Origin: Candidatus Onthoplasma sp.
GTDB lineage: Bacteria; Bacillota; Clostridia; Christensenellales; UBA1242
Length of the DNA: 64,000 nt
Direction of reading: 5' to 3'
Assembly: GCA_051883515.1 (NCBI GenBank)
Contig: JBJETW010000009.1
Location: 421 to 64,420, forward strand
Numbering within the stretch: the stretch's first letter is position 1; the number at the start of each line of letters is the position of its first letter. A program made the translations under genes and the position numbers. This document shows, piece after piece, positions 1 to 10,200 of this stretch. A model generated the notes under the pieces. It searched no databases, was not told where the DNA came from, and saw nothing but the letters and a program-made list of their open reading frames with translations.

Positions 1-1269
1 CCAACAAAAACTGGATATACATTCTCTGGTTGGGACACAACAGGAAACGATGTGGCTGATTGGACAAGTGGGACAAAAACATTCTCAACATCAACGACAA
101 TCACTGCATGTTGGAAAATCAAAACTTACACTGTGATTTGGCTTAATGCAGATGGAACAACTTTGAAGTCTGAAACTTTGGACTATGGCACAATGCCAAG
201 TTATACTGGTTCAACTCCAACAAAGGCAGGAGACGGAAATGGTGAATATGAATTCACTGGCTGGTCACCTGAAATTGTCGTGGTGACTGAAGATGCTACA
301 TACACTGCACAATTCACTTATTATGAATATTTAACAGTAAATGTTTCATCAACAGGTGCTATAACAACGAGTGATAGTTCTTGGTCTGGAACTAACTCAT
401 TTGGAGTAAATATTAAAGTTGATGGCGTGGTTTCTGAAACAATTTCAGGAAATGGTTCTAAGAAAGTTCTTAATAAAGGAACAGTTTCTTACGAATTGTT
501 CGCAAATGTCCTTACTGGAACAGTATCGGGACAATCGGTTTATCAACTTTTGGATATTGCTGATGAAAATGGAGATTCTGTTCTTGGATATACATTTGTG
601 GATTCTGCAAACGCATTAAGTTATAAAATGCCAACATCTTCAAATAACTCAAATCTTGAATTGACATTCAATTATACACAAGGTTATGGATTGACTGTTT
701 CAATTGAAGATAAAACGACTTCAGGAAGCATTGGTCAAAACAATATTTCCGTTATACAAAATGAAAACATTGTTGAATCAACTGATGGTTATATTGTTAA
801 AGAAAGTTCAAGTGCTCAAATAAAACTTGACATGACAGAATTAACAGGTTATTTCTTCCCTGGATTCTTGATGACTTTGAATGATGGAACTGAGACTTCA
901 GCAGAAATAACACCAATTTCTAATGATAATATCACGAGAGAAGATGATGTTGTTGAAGATGGAAGAACATATTATGTTTACACAATCACAAATGTATCAG
1001 AATTAAAACCAGTGTTCGCAGAAATTGTGACAGTCACATTGGGAGATAAACCAGCAGGATTGGAATACTTGACATTCACTCAAAGTGAAGGTGGATTCAC
1101 AGTTGCTTGCGATTTAAATAGTGATTCTGTTAAATTGTATTGCGGAACATGGAAGATTGACACAAATCTCGAAGATGCATCTGCATTGGCAGGATATATG
1201 ATTCTTAATGAATCAGCAGTTGAAATTTTCCAAGGTGAAGATGGCAATTACTATATCACGATAGCATAA
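1..1269 (+). CDS. Cell-surface protein, 5' end cut by the window edge, with Listeria-Bacteroides-type (Flg_new-like) repeats
   Basis: Frame 1 is open from nt 1 (PTKTGYTFSGWDT...) into the listed 52..1269 ORF. The GY.F.GW ... T..A.W / EYEFTGW ... ATYTAQF repeat signature is present. A hairpin terminator follows. Confidence 0.75.
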   Translation, partial: PTKTGYTFSGWDTTGNDVADWTSGTKTFSTSTTITACWKIKTYTVIWLNADGTTLKSETLDYGTMPSYTGSTPTKAGDGNGEYEFTGWSPEIVVVTEDATYTAQFTYYEYLTVNVSSTGAITTSDSSWSGTNSFGVNIKVDGVVSETISGNGSKKVLNKGTVSYELFANVLTGTVSGQSVYQLLDIADENGDSVLGYTFVDSANALSYKMPTSSNNSNLELTFNYTQGYGLTVSIEDKTTSGSIGQNNISVIQNENIVESTDGYIVKESSSAQIKLDMTELTGYFFPGFLMTLNDGTETSAEITPISNDNITREDDVVEDGRTYYVYTITNVSELKPVFAEIVTVTLGDKPAGLEYLTFTQSEGGFTVACDLNSDSVKLYCGTWKIDTNLEDASALAGYMILNESAVEIFQGEDGNYYITIA

Positions 1270-1302
1270 AAAAAGAATTCCTAATTTAGGAATTCTTTTT
1301 TC
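1270..1302. terminator. Bidirectional rho-independent terminator between convergent genes
   Basis: About 11-bp stem aagaattccta / taggaattctt with a 3-nt loop, flanked by an A-run and a T-run. It overlaps the last tadA codons. Confidence 0.7.
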
Positions 1303-1732
1303 TTCGTTCTTTAAAAAACGATTGAATTAAATTTTTGTTAACTTGTTCATATGTTGGGTCAAAAATGACTTGTGTTGAATGATTCATTGATTTATTTATC
1401 ATATCAAATCTTGAAAATGCTCCATTCGTTTCATCTTTTACTGCGTATGTGACAGAGCGTATGCGTGCATTCATAATAGCGCCAGCGCACATGGGGCAAG
1501 GTTCAAGCGTGACATATAAATCACAGTCTTCCAAACGCCAAGATTTCAATTTTTTGCACGCTTTTTCAATTGCTAAAATTTCTGCATGATGTGTGGCAAT
1601 TTGGTCTTTTTCACGAGTGTTGTGTGCACTGGAAATAATTTTGCCTTCTTTAACTATTACTGCTCCTATTGGAATTTCTTCTTTCGATTCTGCTTTGTAG
1701 CCTTGCATTGTAGCCCTTTTCATCGCGTCCAT
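1286..1732 (-). CDS. tadA: tRNA-specific adenosine deaminase
   Basis: CMP/dCMP deaminase zinc motifs HAEILAI and PCPMCAGA. N-terminus EIPIGAVIV. About 148 aa. Confidence 0.9.
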   Translation of the reverse strand: MDAMKRATMQGYKAESKEEIPIGAVIVKEGKIISSAHNTREKDQIATHHAEILAIEKACKKLKSWRLEDCDLYVTLEPCPMCAGAIMNARIRSVTYAVKDETNGAFSRFDMINKSMNHSTQVIFDPTYEQVNKNLIQSFFKERRKKNS

Positions 1733-2648
1733 AATCTATTAATCCTACCTTGTTGATAATATTTTGCACGTTTGGGGTGACAAAGTCAATGTTTTTTGAA
1801 TATTCTTTTGCTTTTTCAAGTGCGAGCACAGGGACATCTTTATTCCTCAAATAAATTTCTGGCAAGTTTTCAATGCCGATAGGGTGACTTAAACTTTCGT
1901 CGCCGACTTCAATCGTATACGCTGGTATTGTTAGTTTTTGTATGCACCAATCTTTATATCCTCCTGTTGAGTTTTCTGTTTTGATGAGAGGATATCCTGT
2001 CAACTCGCTGAGAGATTCTCCAATCATTTGGTCTCTTGAAAGATTTTGTTCACTTTCTCCTTCAAATCCATAATAAATGACATTTCCTTTTGTGTGATAA
2101 GAAATTGTTAAAAGTGGTTTTGTTTTTAGAGTAAAATTAATGAGATTATTCACTTCTCGTTCGCTGTTTGGATAAAATCCTACGAAATCTTCCGTGGCTG
2201 GACAAAACACATTTTGAGCACCTTTTCCCCAATTTGCATCAAAATTGGTGTTAAGGTCAACAAGATTTATGTTTGCTTTATATTGTGAAAAATCAGTTGA
2301 ACCATTGTTTGCGAGTGTTAGATATTGCCTTGTGATTTCACAATTTACGCTGTCAATTCCATCGAGTACAATTTCTGCGCCGTCTGGATTGGTTAAAAAA
2401 ATGAAATAAATTCCGCCTGATTCAACCAGATTGTTGTTGAAAATGTTTCTTGCTTGCTCCACCAAAAGGAGACTTGTTATGTATTCACGAGCATGAATTC
2501 CCGCTTGAATTAAAATTTGAGTTCCTGTGTAATCTCCGACATGTGTTGCCCAAATTTCTTTTCCTAAAGTCGATTTACCAATTGAAAAAACGTCCAATCC
2601 TTCTTCTTGAAGTTGGAGAATCTGATTTATAAGTTCTTGATATGTCAT
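1650..2648 (-). CDS. M14-family zinc carboxypeptidase (gamma-D-glutamyl-meso-diaminopimelate peptidase-like)
   Basis: HAREYIT (HxxE) zinc motif and overall M14 layout. ATG at 2648 lies 5 nt after AAGAGG. The listed GTG at 2654 sits inside that SD. The 3' end overlaps tadA by 83 nt. Confidence 0.8.
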   Translation of the reverse strand: MTYQELINQILQLQEEGLDVFSIGKSTLGKEIWATHVGDYTGTQILIQAGIHAREYITSLLLVEQARNIFNNNLVESGGIYFIFLTNPDGAEIVLDGIDSVNCEITRQYLTLANNGSTDFSQYKANINLVDLNTNFDANWGKGAQNVFCPATEDFVGFYPNSEREVNNLINFTLKTKPLLTISYHTKGNVIYYGFEGESEQNLSRDQMIGESLSELTGYPLIKTENSTGGYKDWCIQKLTIPAYTIEVGDESLSHPIGIENLPEIYLRNKDVPVLALEKAKEYSKNIDFVTPNVQNIINKVGLIDYGRDEKGYNARLQSRIERRNSNRSSNS

Positions 2649-2657
2649 AATCACCTC

Positions 2658-3128
2658 TTATTTGTGATATGATACATTGTTAAGAATTGTGAATGAACGA
2701 TACAATTGTTCCAAAAAAATCACGCGCATGAGTTGATGCGGAAAAGTCAAACGAGAAAACGACCATCGTTGTTTGCAAATGCTTTTAATTTCTTGATGTA
2801 ATCCGTTTGACGCACCAATAATAAATGAAATTTCGCTTGTGGATAGTGACAAGCTTTTTATTTTTTCCGCGATTTCCATGCTGGACAACTGTTGACCATC
2901 AATATCTAAACAAATTGGATAACCTTTGATTTGTTTTTTGATTTCCTCAGCATCTTTCAGAAGTGCATTTTGTATGTCAGAAGGGTGGTTGGACTTGCAA
3001 ACATTTTCTTTAAGTTCAATTATTTCAATATTTGCAAATCGTGAGATACGTTTTTTGTATTCAGCGATTGCGTCTTTAAGATAATTTTCTTTTATGTCCC
3101 CTAAAACAATAAGACGAATTTTTATCAT
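2658..3128 (-). CDS. rlmH: 23S rRNA (pseudouridine1915-N3)-methyltransferase RlmH
   Basis: MIKIRLIVLGDIKENYLKDAIAEYKKRI... is the typical SPOUT RlmH N-terminus. GGGGGA SD lies upstream. The ATG overlaps the upstream TGA (ATGA coupling). Confidence 0.9.
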   Translation of the reverse strand: MIKIRLIVLGDIKENYLKDAIAEYKKRISRFANIEIIELKENVCKSNHPSDIQNALLKDAEEIKKQIKGYPICLDIDGQQLSSMEIAEKIKSLSLSTSEISFIIGASNGLHQEIKSICKQRWSFSRLTFPHQLMRVIFLEQLYRSFTILNNVSYHK

Positions 3129-4144
3129 AAAATCCCCCAAATAAATGTCATAATTGTGATTGTGCTTCCTAAAACCACGCTACAAATCATAAATACAGAG
3201 TCAACAAATGATATTTTTGTGTTGGCCGTTAAAATTTTTGGAGATTGTTTGTCTTTTAAAATTTTTGTAAGTTGTGCTAAGTACAATTCCGCTTGCTCTG
3301 GTGGAAGATTTTTCAAGTTTAAGTGTTTTGCTGTGGAGTGGACATTCATTTTTATCCGTTCCCTATAAATCTTTCGAGTGATTAAAATGTATAGATAAAT
3401 TAACAATAAAATTGAAATTGAACTTATGAATATGAAAATTAAAGTGTTAGAAAAGATTATATTTACAATTTTCATAATCCCTGGCAACAATTTGTCCACT
3501 GGCAAACAGTTAAAGAAGTTGTTCATGAAATGGATTATCATTGAAGGAATGATGCTGTCGGCGACCAATGTTGTGTATCCCATAAGTCCGCCCAAAATTG
3601 CAGTGTAGAAAAATTTGTTGATATTCATGTGTGTGAAGCCAAACAGAATTGAAGAAATCAATAAAGCGTATCTTGGATTTGTGAGTTTTTTGTTAGCATG
3701 CAACATAATTCCTCTAAACAAAAATTCTTCACATATTCCAGGCAAAATTGCAGAAAAGAAAAATTCAAACATCAAATCAGAACCGACATTTGCTTGTATT
3801 GAACTTAGACTTTCAAATCCAAACAATGAGATAACTGTTTGAGATGCTACCGCCACAAAAAAGTTTAAAATTGTTAAAATAACGCCGAGAATTAAAGTTA
3901 ATATAAGGATTTTCCCATTTATTTTTTTAAAACCGCAATCCACAAAAGTTTGTTTGATATTTTTCGAGATAAAAAGTGTATATAATAACAAAGGGATTGC
4001 AAACATTGTCATTATTTGCACCAAGAACGACGCCAATGCATCATTTGTTATGATTTGCATATATTCAAGCAAAAAAATAACGGCAATGGAAGTCATTGCA
4101 ATAAAGAATATTAAATTTAACTTGAATAATTTGCTGTTTTTCAT
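3125..4144 (-). CDS. CPBP-family intramembrane glutamic endopeptidase (CAAX protease-like)
   Basis: Polytopic membrane protein with EEFLFRG, FGFTH and HFMNN motifs. Confidence 0.8.
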   Translation of the reverse strand: MKNSKLFKLNLIFFIAMTSIAVIFLLEYMQIITNDALASFLVQIMTMFAIPLLLYTLFISKNIKQTFVDCGFKKINGKILILTLILGVILTILNFFVAVASQTVISLFGFESLSSIQANVGSDLMFEFFFSAILPGICEEFLFRGIMLHANKKLTNPRYALLISSILFGFTHMNINKFFYTAILGGLMGYTTLVADSIIPSMIIHFMNNFFNCLPVDKLLPGIMKIVNIIFSNTLIFIFISSISILLLIYLYILITRKIYRERIKMNVHSTAKHLNLKNLPPEQAELYLAQLTKILKDKQSPKILTANTKISFVDSVFMICSVVLGSTITIMTFIWGIL

Positions 4145-4145
4145 A

Positions 4146-4898
4146 TCACATAAAGAAATTTATATAAATCCAAATTCCACTTAGAATCAAAAATGCCAAA
4201 ACTGTCCCAATAATAACAGGAAGGGTGAATTTTTGCTTTTTGCTTTTTTTGTTTTGTTTTATTATAACAGAAATGATGAAAATTAAGTAAGCAATTGCTA
4301 AGATAATTCCAAAAATCTTGTATATTAAACTCGAAGAATATAAACTTACATTGAAATAATTTAATGTTAAAGCAAGCAGGTTATTGCACGCGTGAAGGGT
4401 GATACAATATATTATGTTGTCTGTCAATGACATTATGACCCCAAGCAACAAAGCGAACAAGAAAGGATAAATTGTTTGATGAATTGAGAAGTGAAAAAGT
4501 GAAAAGAAAATGCTTGTCACAAAAATTGCAAATGCTTGTCCATATTTTGACAATTTTCTTTGAATTAAACCTCTAAACATCAACTCTTCGCAAACAGCAG
4601 GGAGTAAAACAAACGAAATGAGAGATATTGCAAATGTTGTTGGATTTAGTTCATATGGGAAAGGGGTTGGATTAAAACCAATCTCAGTGAACCAAACTTG
4701 TGTTATTGCTTGAATTGGATATAAACTAAAAAAAGTTGCTATTCCAATAATCAAAGTTAAACCGACAAAAGATAATTTTGGTTTTTTAAAAACTTTATCT
4801 TTATTTAAAATTTGGAAAAATATGAAAATCAGCAACAAAAAAACATCAAGAATTGCAGTTGATAACAAATATTTTAAAGCTTGATTAATACTTTCCAT
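4146..4898 (-). CDS. CPBP-family intramembrane glutamic endopeptidase, tandem paralog
   Basis: EELMFRGL, FSLFH and HACNN motifs. Polytopic. Confidence 0.8.
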   Translation of the reverse strand: MESINQALKYLLSTAILDVFLLLIFIFFQILNKDKVFKKPKLSFVGLTLIIGIATFFSLYPIQAITQVWFTEIGFNPTPFPYELNPTTFAISLISFVLLPAVCEELMFRGLIQRKLSKYGQAFAIFVTSIFFSLFHFSIHQTIYPFLFALLLGVIMSLTDNIIYCITLHACNNLLALTLNYFNVSLYSSSLIYKIFGIILAIAYLIFIISVIIKQNKKSKKQKFTLPVIIGTVLAFLILSGIWIYINFFM

Positions 4899-4932
4899 AA
4901 ATTTATTATACTATAACAAATTTAATTTTCAA
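4899..4932 (-). promoter_or_regulatory. Sigma70-type promoter placed for a leaderless transcript of the 4898 CDS
   Basis: On the minus strand: TTGAAA (4927-4932), 16 nt, TATAAT (4905-4910), 6 nt, ATG (4896-4898). No SD. Confidence 0.5.
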
Positions 4933-4960
4933 ACAAAAAATTCCGATTTTTTAAATTTCG

Positions 4961-5662
4961 CTATTTTTCAGACTCGTTCTGAGATTTTGTTTTTTCTTGT
5001 TTTTTTGTTAGTTTTTTTTCAAGTTTAAACAAAAAAATCAAATCCAATATCACAACATTTATTAAAATTATCCAATCAACTGCCGTGAGTGCTGACCAGT
5101 CCACAAGTTCACTTCCAAGGAAACAAAACATTCCGATTTCCACAATATGATAAACGATTGTGACAAGCATAAGGTACCAATATTTCATTTTTGTCATACC
5201 CGCTACCAAACATAATGCTTCGTCGGGGAATCCAGGAAGAATGTAAAAGAAGGGGAGAAGAATTTTGCTCTTTGTGTCGACAGCGATTTGCGCTAATTCA
5301 AAATCTTTTTTGCCAACTAATTTTTTTGCTAATTTTTCTCCAAATTTGTCGCCAATGACAAATAATATTGTTGAAGCAAAAACAATATCCAACATAGAGA
5401 CAACAAATGTCCAAATTGGTCCGAAAATTGCTATTCCAAGTAGAATTAAAGAGGTGTTTAAAAGAGGGACAAAACACAACAAGACCAAACAAATTAGTTG
5501 AATTAAAAAATAAGTTAAAAGTCCCCATTGTTTTGTGCTTAGTATAACAGATTTTAAGTTTTCAAAATTTGTTATGCCAAGACCTTTCAAAACAAAGAAT
5601 ATACACACAGAAATAACGGCGAACAATAGAATCACCGCACAGATTTTTAGCCATTTTTTCAT
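4961..5662 (-). CDS. TVP38/TMEM64 (DedA-related) family membrane protein
   Basis: Multi-TM protein with an LPGFPDEALCLVAGMTKM segment typical of the family. Confidence 0.65.
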   Translation of the reverse strand: MKKWLKICAVILLFAVISVCIFFVLKGLGITNFENLKSVILSTKQWGLLTYFLIQLICLVLLCFVPLLNTSLILLGIAIFGPIWTFVVSMLDIVFASTILFVIGDKFGEKLAKKLVGKKDFELAQIAVDTKSKILLPFFYILPGFPDEALCLVAGMTKMKYWYLMLVTIVYHIVEIGMFCFLGSELVDWSALTAVDWIILINVVILDLIFLFKLEKKLTKKQEKTKSQNESEK

Positions 5663-5697
5663 AGTGCATTATATGTTTAGATATAAAAATTTGTAAG
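5663..5697 (-). promoter_or_regulatory. Candidate promoter for a leaderless transcript of the 5662 CDS
   Basis: On the minus strand: CTTACA (5692-5697), 18 nt, TATAAT (5668-5673), 5 nt, ATG. No SD. The -35 is weak. Confidence 0.4.
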
Positions 5698-5705
5698 AAA
5701 AAACT

Positions 5706-6257
5706 TTATGCGTTTTGCACAAAGTCGATGTATGCTTCCATGATTGCGTCGGCAACTTGATTTGGTGTTAAATTTTTGCTTGAAATAATAAAATCATAAT
5801 TTTTTGAATTTAAGTTGTCGATTTTATATATTTTTTTATATCTTTTATTTTCCGTTTTCCATCTGTTTTTTAGTGTGTGGATTGCATGACGTAGGTTTTT
5901 TGCCTGTTCTGTTTCTCTTTTTGAATTTAAAAGTCTTTCGCCTGCCGTTTTCCAATCGATGTCAATAAACACTTTGAACGATTTTGGAACAAAATGCCAT
6001 GCAAGACGAGAGTCAATTAAAATGTCTTCGTTTGCTTTTTTTCGCCCAAGTTCAGCAATTTGATTGTCAATTTCATAATCAATTTTTGTGACATCTTCAT
6101 TTTGCTGAAATTCTAAAATGCTATCATATCCATTCTTTTTTGCGAGCGAACGGAACATGTCCCCTGTGCAAACATATTCGAAATTATGTTCACTGCAAAT
6201 AAGTTTTGAAACAGTTCCTTTTCCACTGCATGGTTTTCCGGTTATTGTTATAATCAT
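5706..6257 (-). CDS. Cytidylate kinase-like (archaeal-type (d)CMP kinase family) P-loop kinase
   Basis: N-terminal P-loop MIITITGKPCSGKGT. About 183 aa. GGGAGA SD. Confidence 0.7.
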   Translation of the reverse strand: MIITITGKPCSGKGTVSKLICSEHNFEYVCTGDMFRSLAKKNGYDSILEFQQNEDVTKIDYEIDNQIAELGRKKANEDILIDSRLAWHFVPKSFKVFIDIDWKTAGERLLNSKRETEQAKNLRHAIHTLKNRWKTENKRYKKIYKIDNLNSKNYDFIISSKNLTPNQVADAIMEAYIDFVQNA

Positions 6258-6275
6258 AAATTCTCCCGTCGAGTG

Positions 6276-6464
6276 TTATGTTTCTTCAAGACTTTCATAA
6301 TAATCGATTTGATTTTGAAGATTTGTGATTTCAGTTTGTTGTTGTTGAATTGTCTTGTTGTTTTTGTTGATTTGAACAAGTTGAAAGCCAAGGACAACAA
6401 CCAGCAAAATCAGCACAGCAAAAGCAATAAAGAAAATAAACTTAAGTTGTTTTGAGATTTGCAT
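6276..6464 (-). CDS. Small bitopic coiled-coil protein, DivIC/FtsB-like septum formation initiator candidate
   Basis: One TM followed by a Q/N-rich coiled coil. It sits after yabP-yabQ, as in the Bacillus yabP-yabQ-divIC order. GAGGAAA SD. Confidence 0.5.
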   Translation of the reverse strand: MQISKQLKFIFFIAFAVLILLVVVLGFQLVQINKNNKTIQQQQTEITNLQNQIDYYESLEET

Positions 6465-6801
6465 TTTCTTTTCCTCTCTTCTTTTTGTTTTTGTTATTGT
6501 AGCACAGATTCATAAAAAATACAACTGATTTTTTAAAGGAAAGTTTTGACCAAAAAATGCCAATTAACACTGCCAAAACGAGAGTTAACGAAAAACAGCC
6601 AAAGTTAAATAAAATCAAAAAAATTATAAAAATAATTGCAAAAAAAGCGTAAAAAACAGTGTCAAAAATTATTTTTTTTATAATTTTTCCAAAATTTATT
6701 GAAAAAATAACTGCAAAAAACGAATAAATTAAATAAAAATTTATTCCGAGAAAAATAAATATTAAAAAACAATTTATTTGATTTTGTGTGGAAAAAATCA
6801 T
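6442..6801 (-). CDS. yabQ: YabQ-like spore cortex biosynthesis membrane protein
   Basis: Small polytopic protein whose start overlaps the yabP stop. The call rests mainly on synteny. Confidence 0.55.
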   Translation of the reverse strand: MIFSTQNQINCFLIFIFLGINFYLIYSFFAVIFSINFGKIIKKIIFDTVFYAFFAIIFIIFLILFNFGCFSLTLVLAVLIGIFWSKLSFKKSVVFFMNLCYNNKNKKKRGKENANLKTT

Positions 6802-7073
6802 TTAAAAATCTTCCTAAAAATATTTTCCTTTTTATTTCCTTCAACAAACTTAATTGAATTTATGTTCCCTGAAATTTGCGCACATGTGGTTTCTTGATTC
6901 AATGTTTGCAATTCCAAGTTTGAACCAATCACCATAACACCGCCAAAATTTGTGTCTAGTTGAATTAAGTCGCTTTTTAAACTGATTAATTTGTTTGTGC
7001 CAGAAATGGTCAATTCACTTCTATTTTTCAAAATAATTGTTTGTTCTTTTTTTTCACTTAAATTATTTTCCAT
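6798..7073 (-). CDS. yabP: Sporulation protein YabP
   Basis: 91 aa. LTISGTNKLISL ... LELQTLN ... GNINSIKF ... IFRKIFK matches the YabP pattern, including the C-terminal F.K(L/I)FK. Confidence 0.8.
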   Translation of the reverse strand: MENNLSEKKEQTIILKNRSELTISGTNKLISLKSDLIQLDTNFGGVMVIGSNLELQTLNQETTCAQISGNINSIKFVEGNKKENIFRKIFK

Positions 7074-7126
7074 TTTAATCCCTTTTTTTTATTTATATTT
7101 ATTTTCAATTTTTTTTATGTTTACAT

Positions 7127-7156
7127 TTGACAAATTATTGCATTTTCTTTTATAAT
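7127..7156 (+). promoter_or_regulatory. Sigma70-type promoter of the giant lipoprotein gene
   Basis: TTGACA (7127-7132), 18 nt, TATAAT (7151-7156). A leader of about 60 nt ends in AGGGGAA SD before ATG 7223. Confidence 0.6.
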
Positions 7157-7222
7157 GGTTTTAATAAAAATAGTGCATTAAATATTTTATTTCATTTAGG
7201 TTAAATTAATTAGGGGAAAACG

Positions 7223-10200
7223 ATGAAAAAAATATGTTCTTCAATTTTGATAGTTTTGTCTATGCTATGTTGCATGATTTTTTCTGCGTGCAAACCAAAC
7301 TATTCAAAGTTGGAAATGAGTTTTTTTTGTGATGGGAAACAAGTTTCTGAAATCGAACTCATAAAAGAAACAGATGACACCAAACAAATTTCAATTCGTT
7401 TTTCCGGAATAAAAGAAAAAGACATCGGTCAAGTTGTTGTTTATGCAACTGACAATCTTGCGAGCGTGACAGATTATGTTTATAGTGGCGACATTTTATA
7501 TGTCACGGTTGTTGCAAATCAAGCAAGTTCAAAAGTTGGGAAACTTGTTGCAACCCACATCGCGTCAAACAAATCATTTTCAGTTGATTTAAAAGTTCAA
7601 CAAAAAGCGTCTGACGTAAGAGTTTTGGAAACTGACTGTTTTGTTGCAATTCCAGATTCTGGAGAGAATGACACAAAATTGGATTTGTTGAAACTTTATC
7701 AACCAGTTCATGGAACGGACGCAATGTATTTTGGTGTCGTAAAAAATGAAGGAGTGACAAATGTTTCAACAATTTCTGACACAACCGAAATTGGAGCGAG
7801 TGGTTTTAAAGTAAATTCAAAAGTGACAGATGGTGCAACATTAAAAATTTATCCAATAGCGTATCTTGAAAATTACGACGGAATTTTCTCTGACGATTGG
7901 AAAACAAAATACGCAAACGACGAAAGCAAGTATGTGACAATCCATTTTGTTAAAAACTTAAGTGATGAAAACATTGTGCTTTCAACTGACCCTGCTCATG
8001 AAGGGACATTAAATACATATACTGATGCAACAAAAAAAGCGGAAACTTTTTATCTTCTTGCAAATAATACAAGCACAATAACGGAAGGCACTGGCGCAGA
8101 TGAATACACATATTCATTGAATGGTTTAAACATAACTGCAGGGGCAAAACTTTCTAATACAGATTATGGGTGGGAAGACAATTATAATCTTGAAGTGGAA
8201 ATTGTTCCAAATGTGGCAAGTCCAAGCGACAAAGACGCGTTTGAGGTGATAATAACTGGAAATAGCATTTCAATTGTTGCAATAACAAAAACACAAAATC
8301 CAGTTGAGATAAAAATTTGTTATGTTCCAAAATATGTGGGTGAACTTGAAACGATTTCAACAAGCATAAAGGTCAAAGGTGAAGAGCACCCTTCGAATGT
8401 GCAAGTGACAATGGAAGGCAAAGTGCTTGACGTGAATGCAAATGTTCATAACGAAGACATATTCAGTTTGTATAACGGAACAAGAACTAATGCCATATTT
8501 AAATTTGAACCTTATTCAGCAAATGGTCTTGATGTGTTTAGTGAATTCAAGACTATGCAAATTGTGTTAGATGCTGATGTGTTGAACAAATCAAACTTGA
8601 TTTATACAAAAGATGGGACGGAACTTACAGACACTGACAAATCTAATATTGGAACTGCAAGGTCAACTTTAAATTTCTTAAATTTGAAGTTTTATTATAA
8701 TGACGAAACAAAAAAATGCATATCTGAACGCTTCACTAGTGAAAAAATCTTTGATAATGTTTCAGTTTTCAAACAAATTTACGTGTCTTATTCTGTTGAT
8801 TATGACGTAGTCACACAAAATGCAATGAGTTTTGAAATTCAAAGTGTGTACAATGGAACTGCAAAGTATTTGCAAAATTCAATTCTCACTCGCTCGGTCA
8901 CAATGAATTTGACCGGACAAATTGGAATAAGAAGTTCAGAAATTCATTTTTACACATATGTTGACTCAAAAACAGAGGAACAATCAAACTTTAATGGGAC
9001 TGCATATTTAGATAAGAATAAGGAATCTCAAACTCTCTTGTTTAGGCCAGAAGATTTAAAAAATGGAACAACAATAATTAATTCAGCAAAATTTAATGTC
9101 GAAGTAAAACCAAAATTCACTCCAACAACAGGAAATTTGCTAAAACTTTCATTATGGTCTATAACTGGGACGAGTTCTAACGATAAAGATTCGTTGGAAT
9201 TTGACTATAACGCAACAGAATATGGCGAATCTATTAAATACATAAAGTTGATTTATAATGGGGATACGGAAGTCGGTGAGTATGAAATCACACTCACTCA
9301 AACTGGCTCAAATTACACAACCAGCGTGACCGTTTTTGTGTATAAAAATTTAGATGCAAGCGATTTTACTCCGAATCTAGCAAAAAATGATTTGTTGTTT
9401 GAAAATAAAAACGATGATGAATACATTTATTCTGATTATGAAACAGACTATATCATTCCAGAAGGAAGTCAAATTGAATGCGAATTTAAAATTAATGAAG
9501 AATTGATAAAATCAGGAATCGTTTTATCTGAAACTCCGCTGTCAATCAGTGTGACGCATTCGAATGGGGAAAGTGCCATTTCTTATGCTAGTTGGAGTTT
9601 AAGTGGACAAACATTTAATGTCAACTTCAATAAAAGTCTTGTTAACGAGTCTGATTATATAACAGTGCAAATTAAAGCAAATTACAAAAAATATTCACTA
9701 ACAGGGCAAGACTCAGATAGTGAACAACTAGAAATTTATAGCAAAACATTTTTTGTGTATAATCGCATCACAAGTGCAGACTTAAAAATTGCCGTGCAAA
9801 AAGGGTTGAGTGCTGGCGCAGAAAAAGTTGTTGCTCCTTCAATTGATGTTTATGCTTACAATCAAGTTGGAGCATACGAAAAAGACAACGCAAATTTAAA
9901 CTTTTCACTTTCTGTAAATAACCAAAGCATCGACAATTGGTTGTATTTCCAAGAATTTGAAGACGGCGGATATATTAAATGGGAAATTGTTGGAGATGAT
10001 AGTTTACCAACATACACTGACACAAACAAATTGACTAAAAACTTTGAGTTGATAAATGGGCAAGTAAAAACAATTGTTGTTTATGCAACCGTGAAACAAT
10101 TTGGTGTGGAAATTTCAACATTTATGACAGTGTATGTAAAAAAACCTGTAATCACAAATTCCGTTTCGGTGTCATTTGACGAAGGTGTTGTGAATTATGA

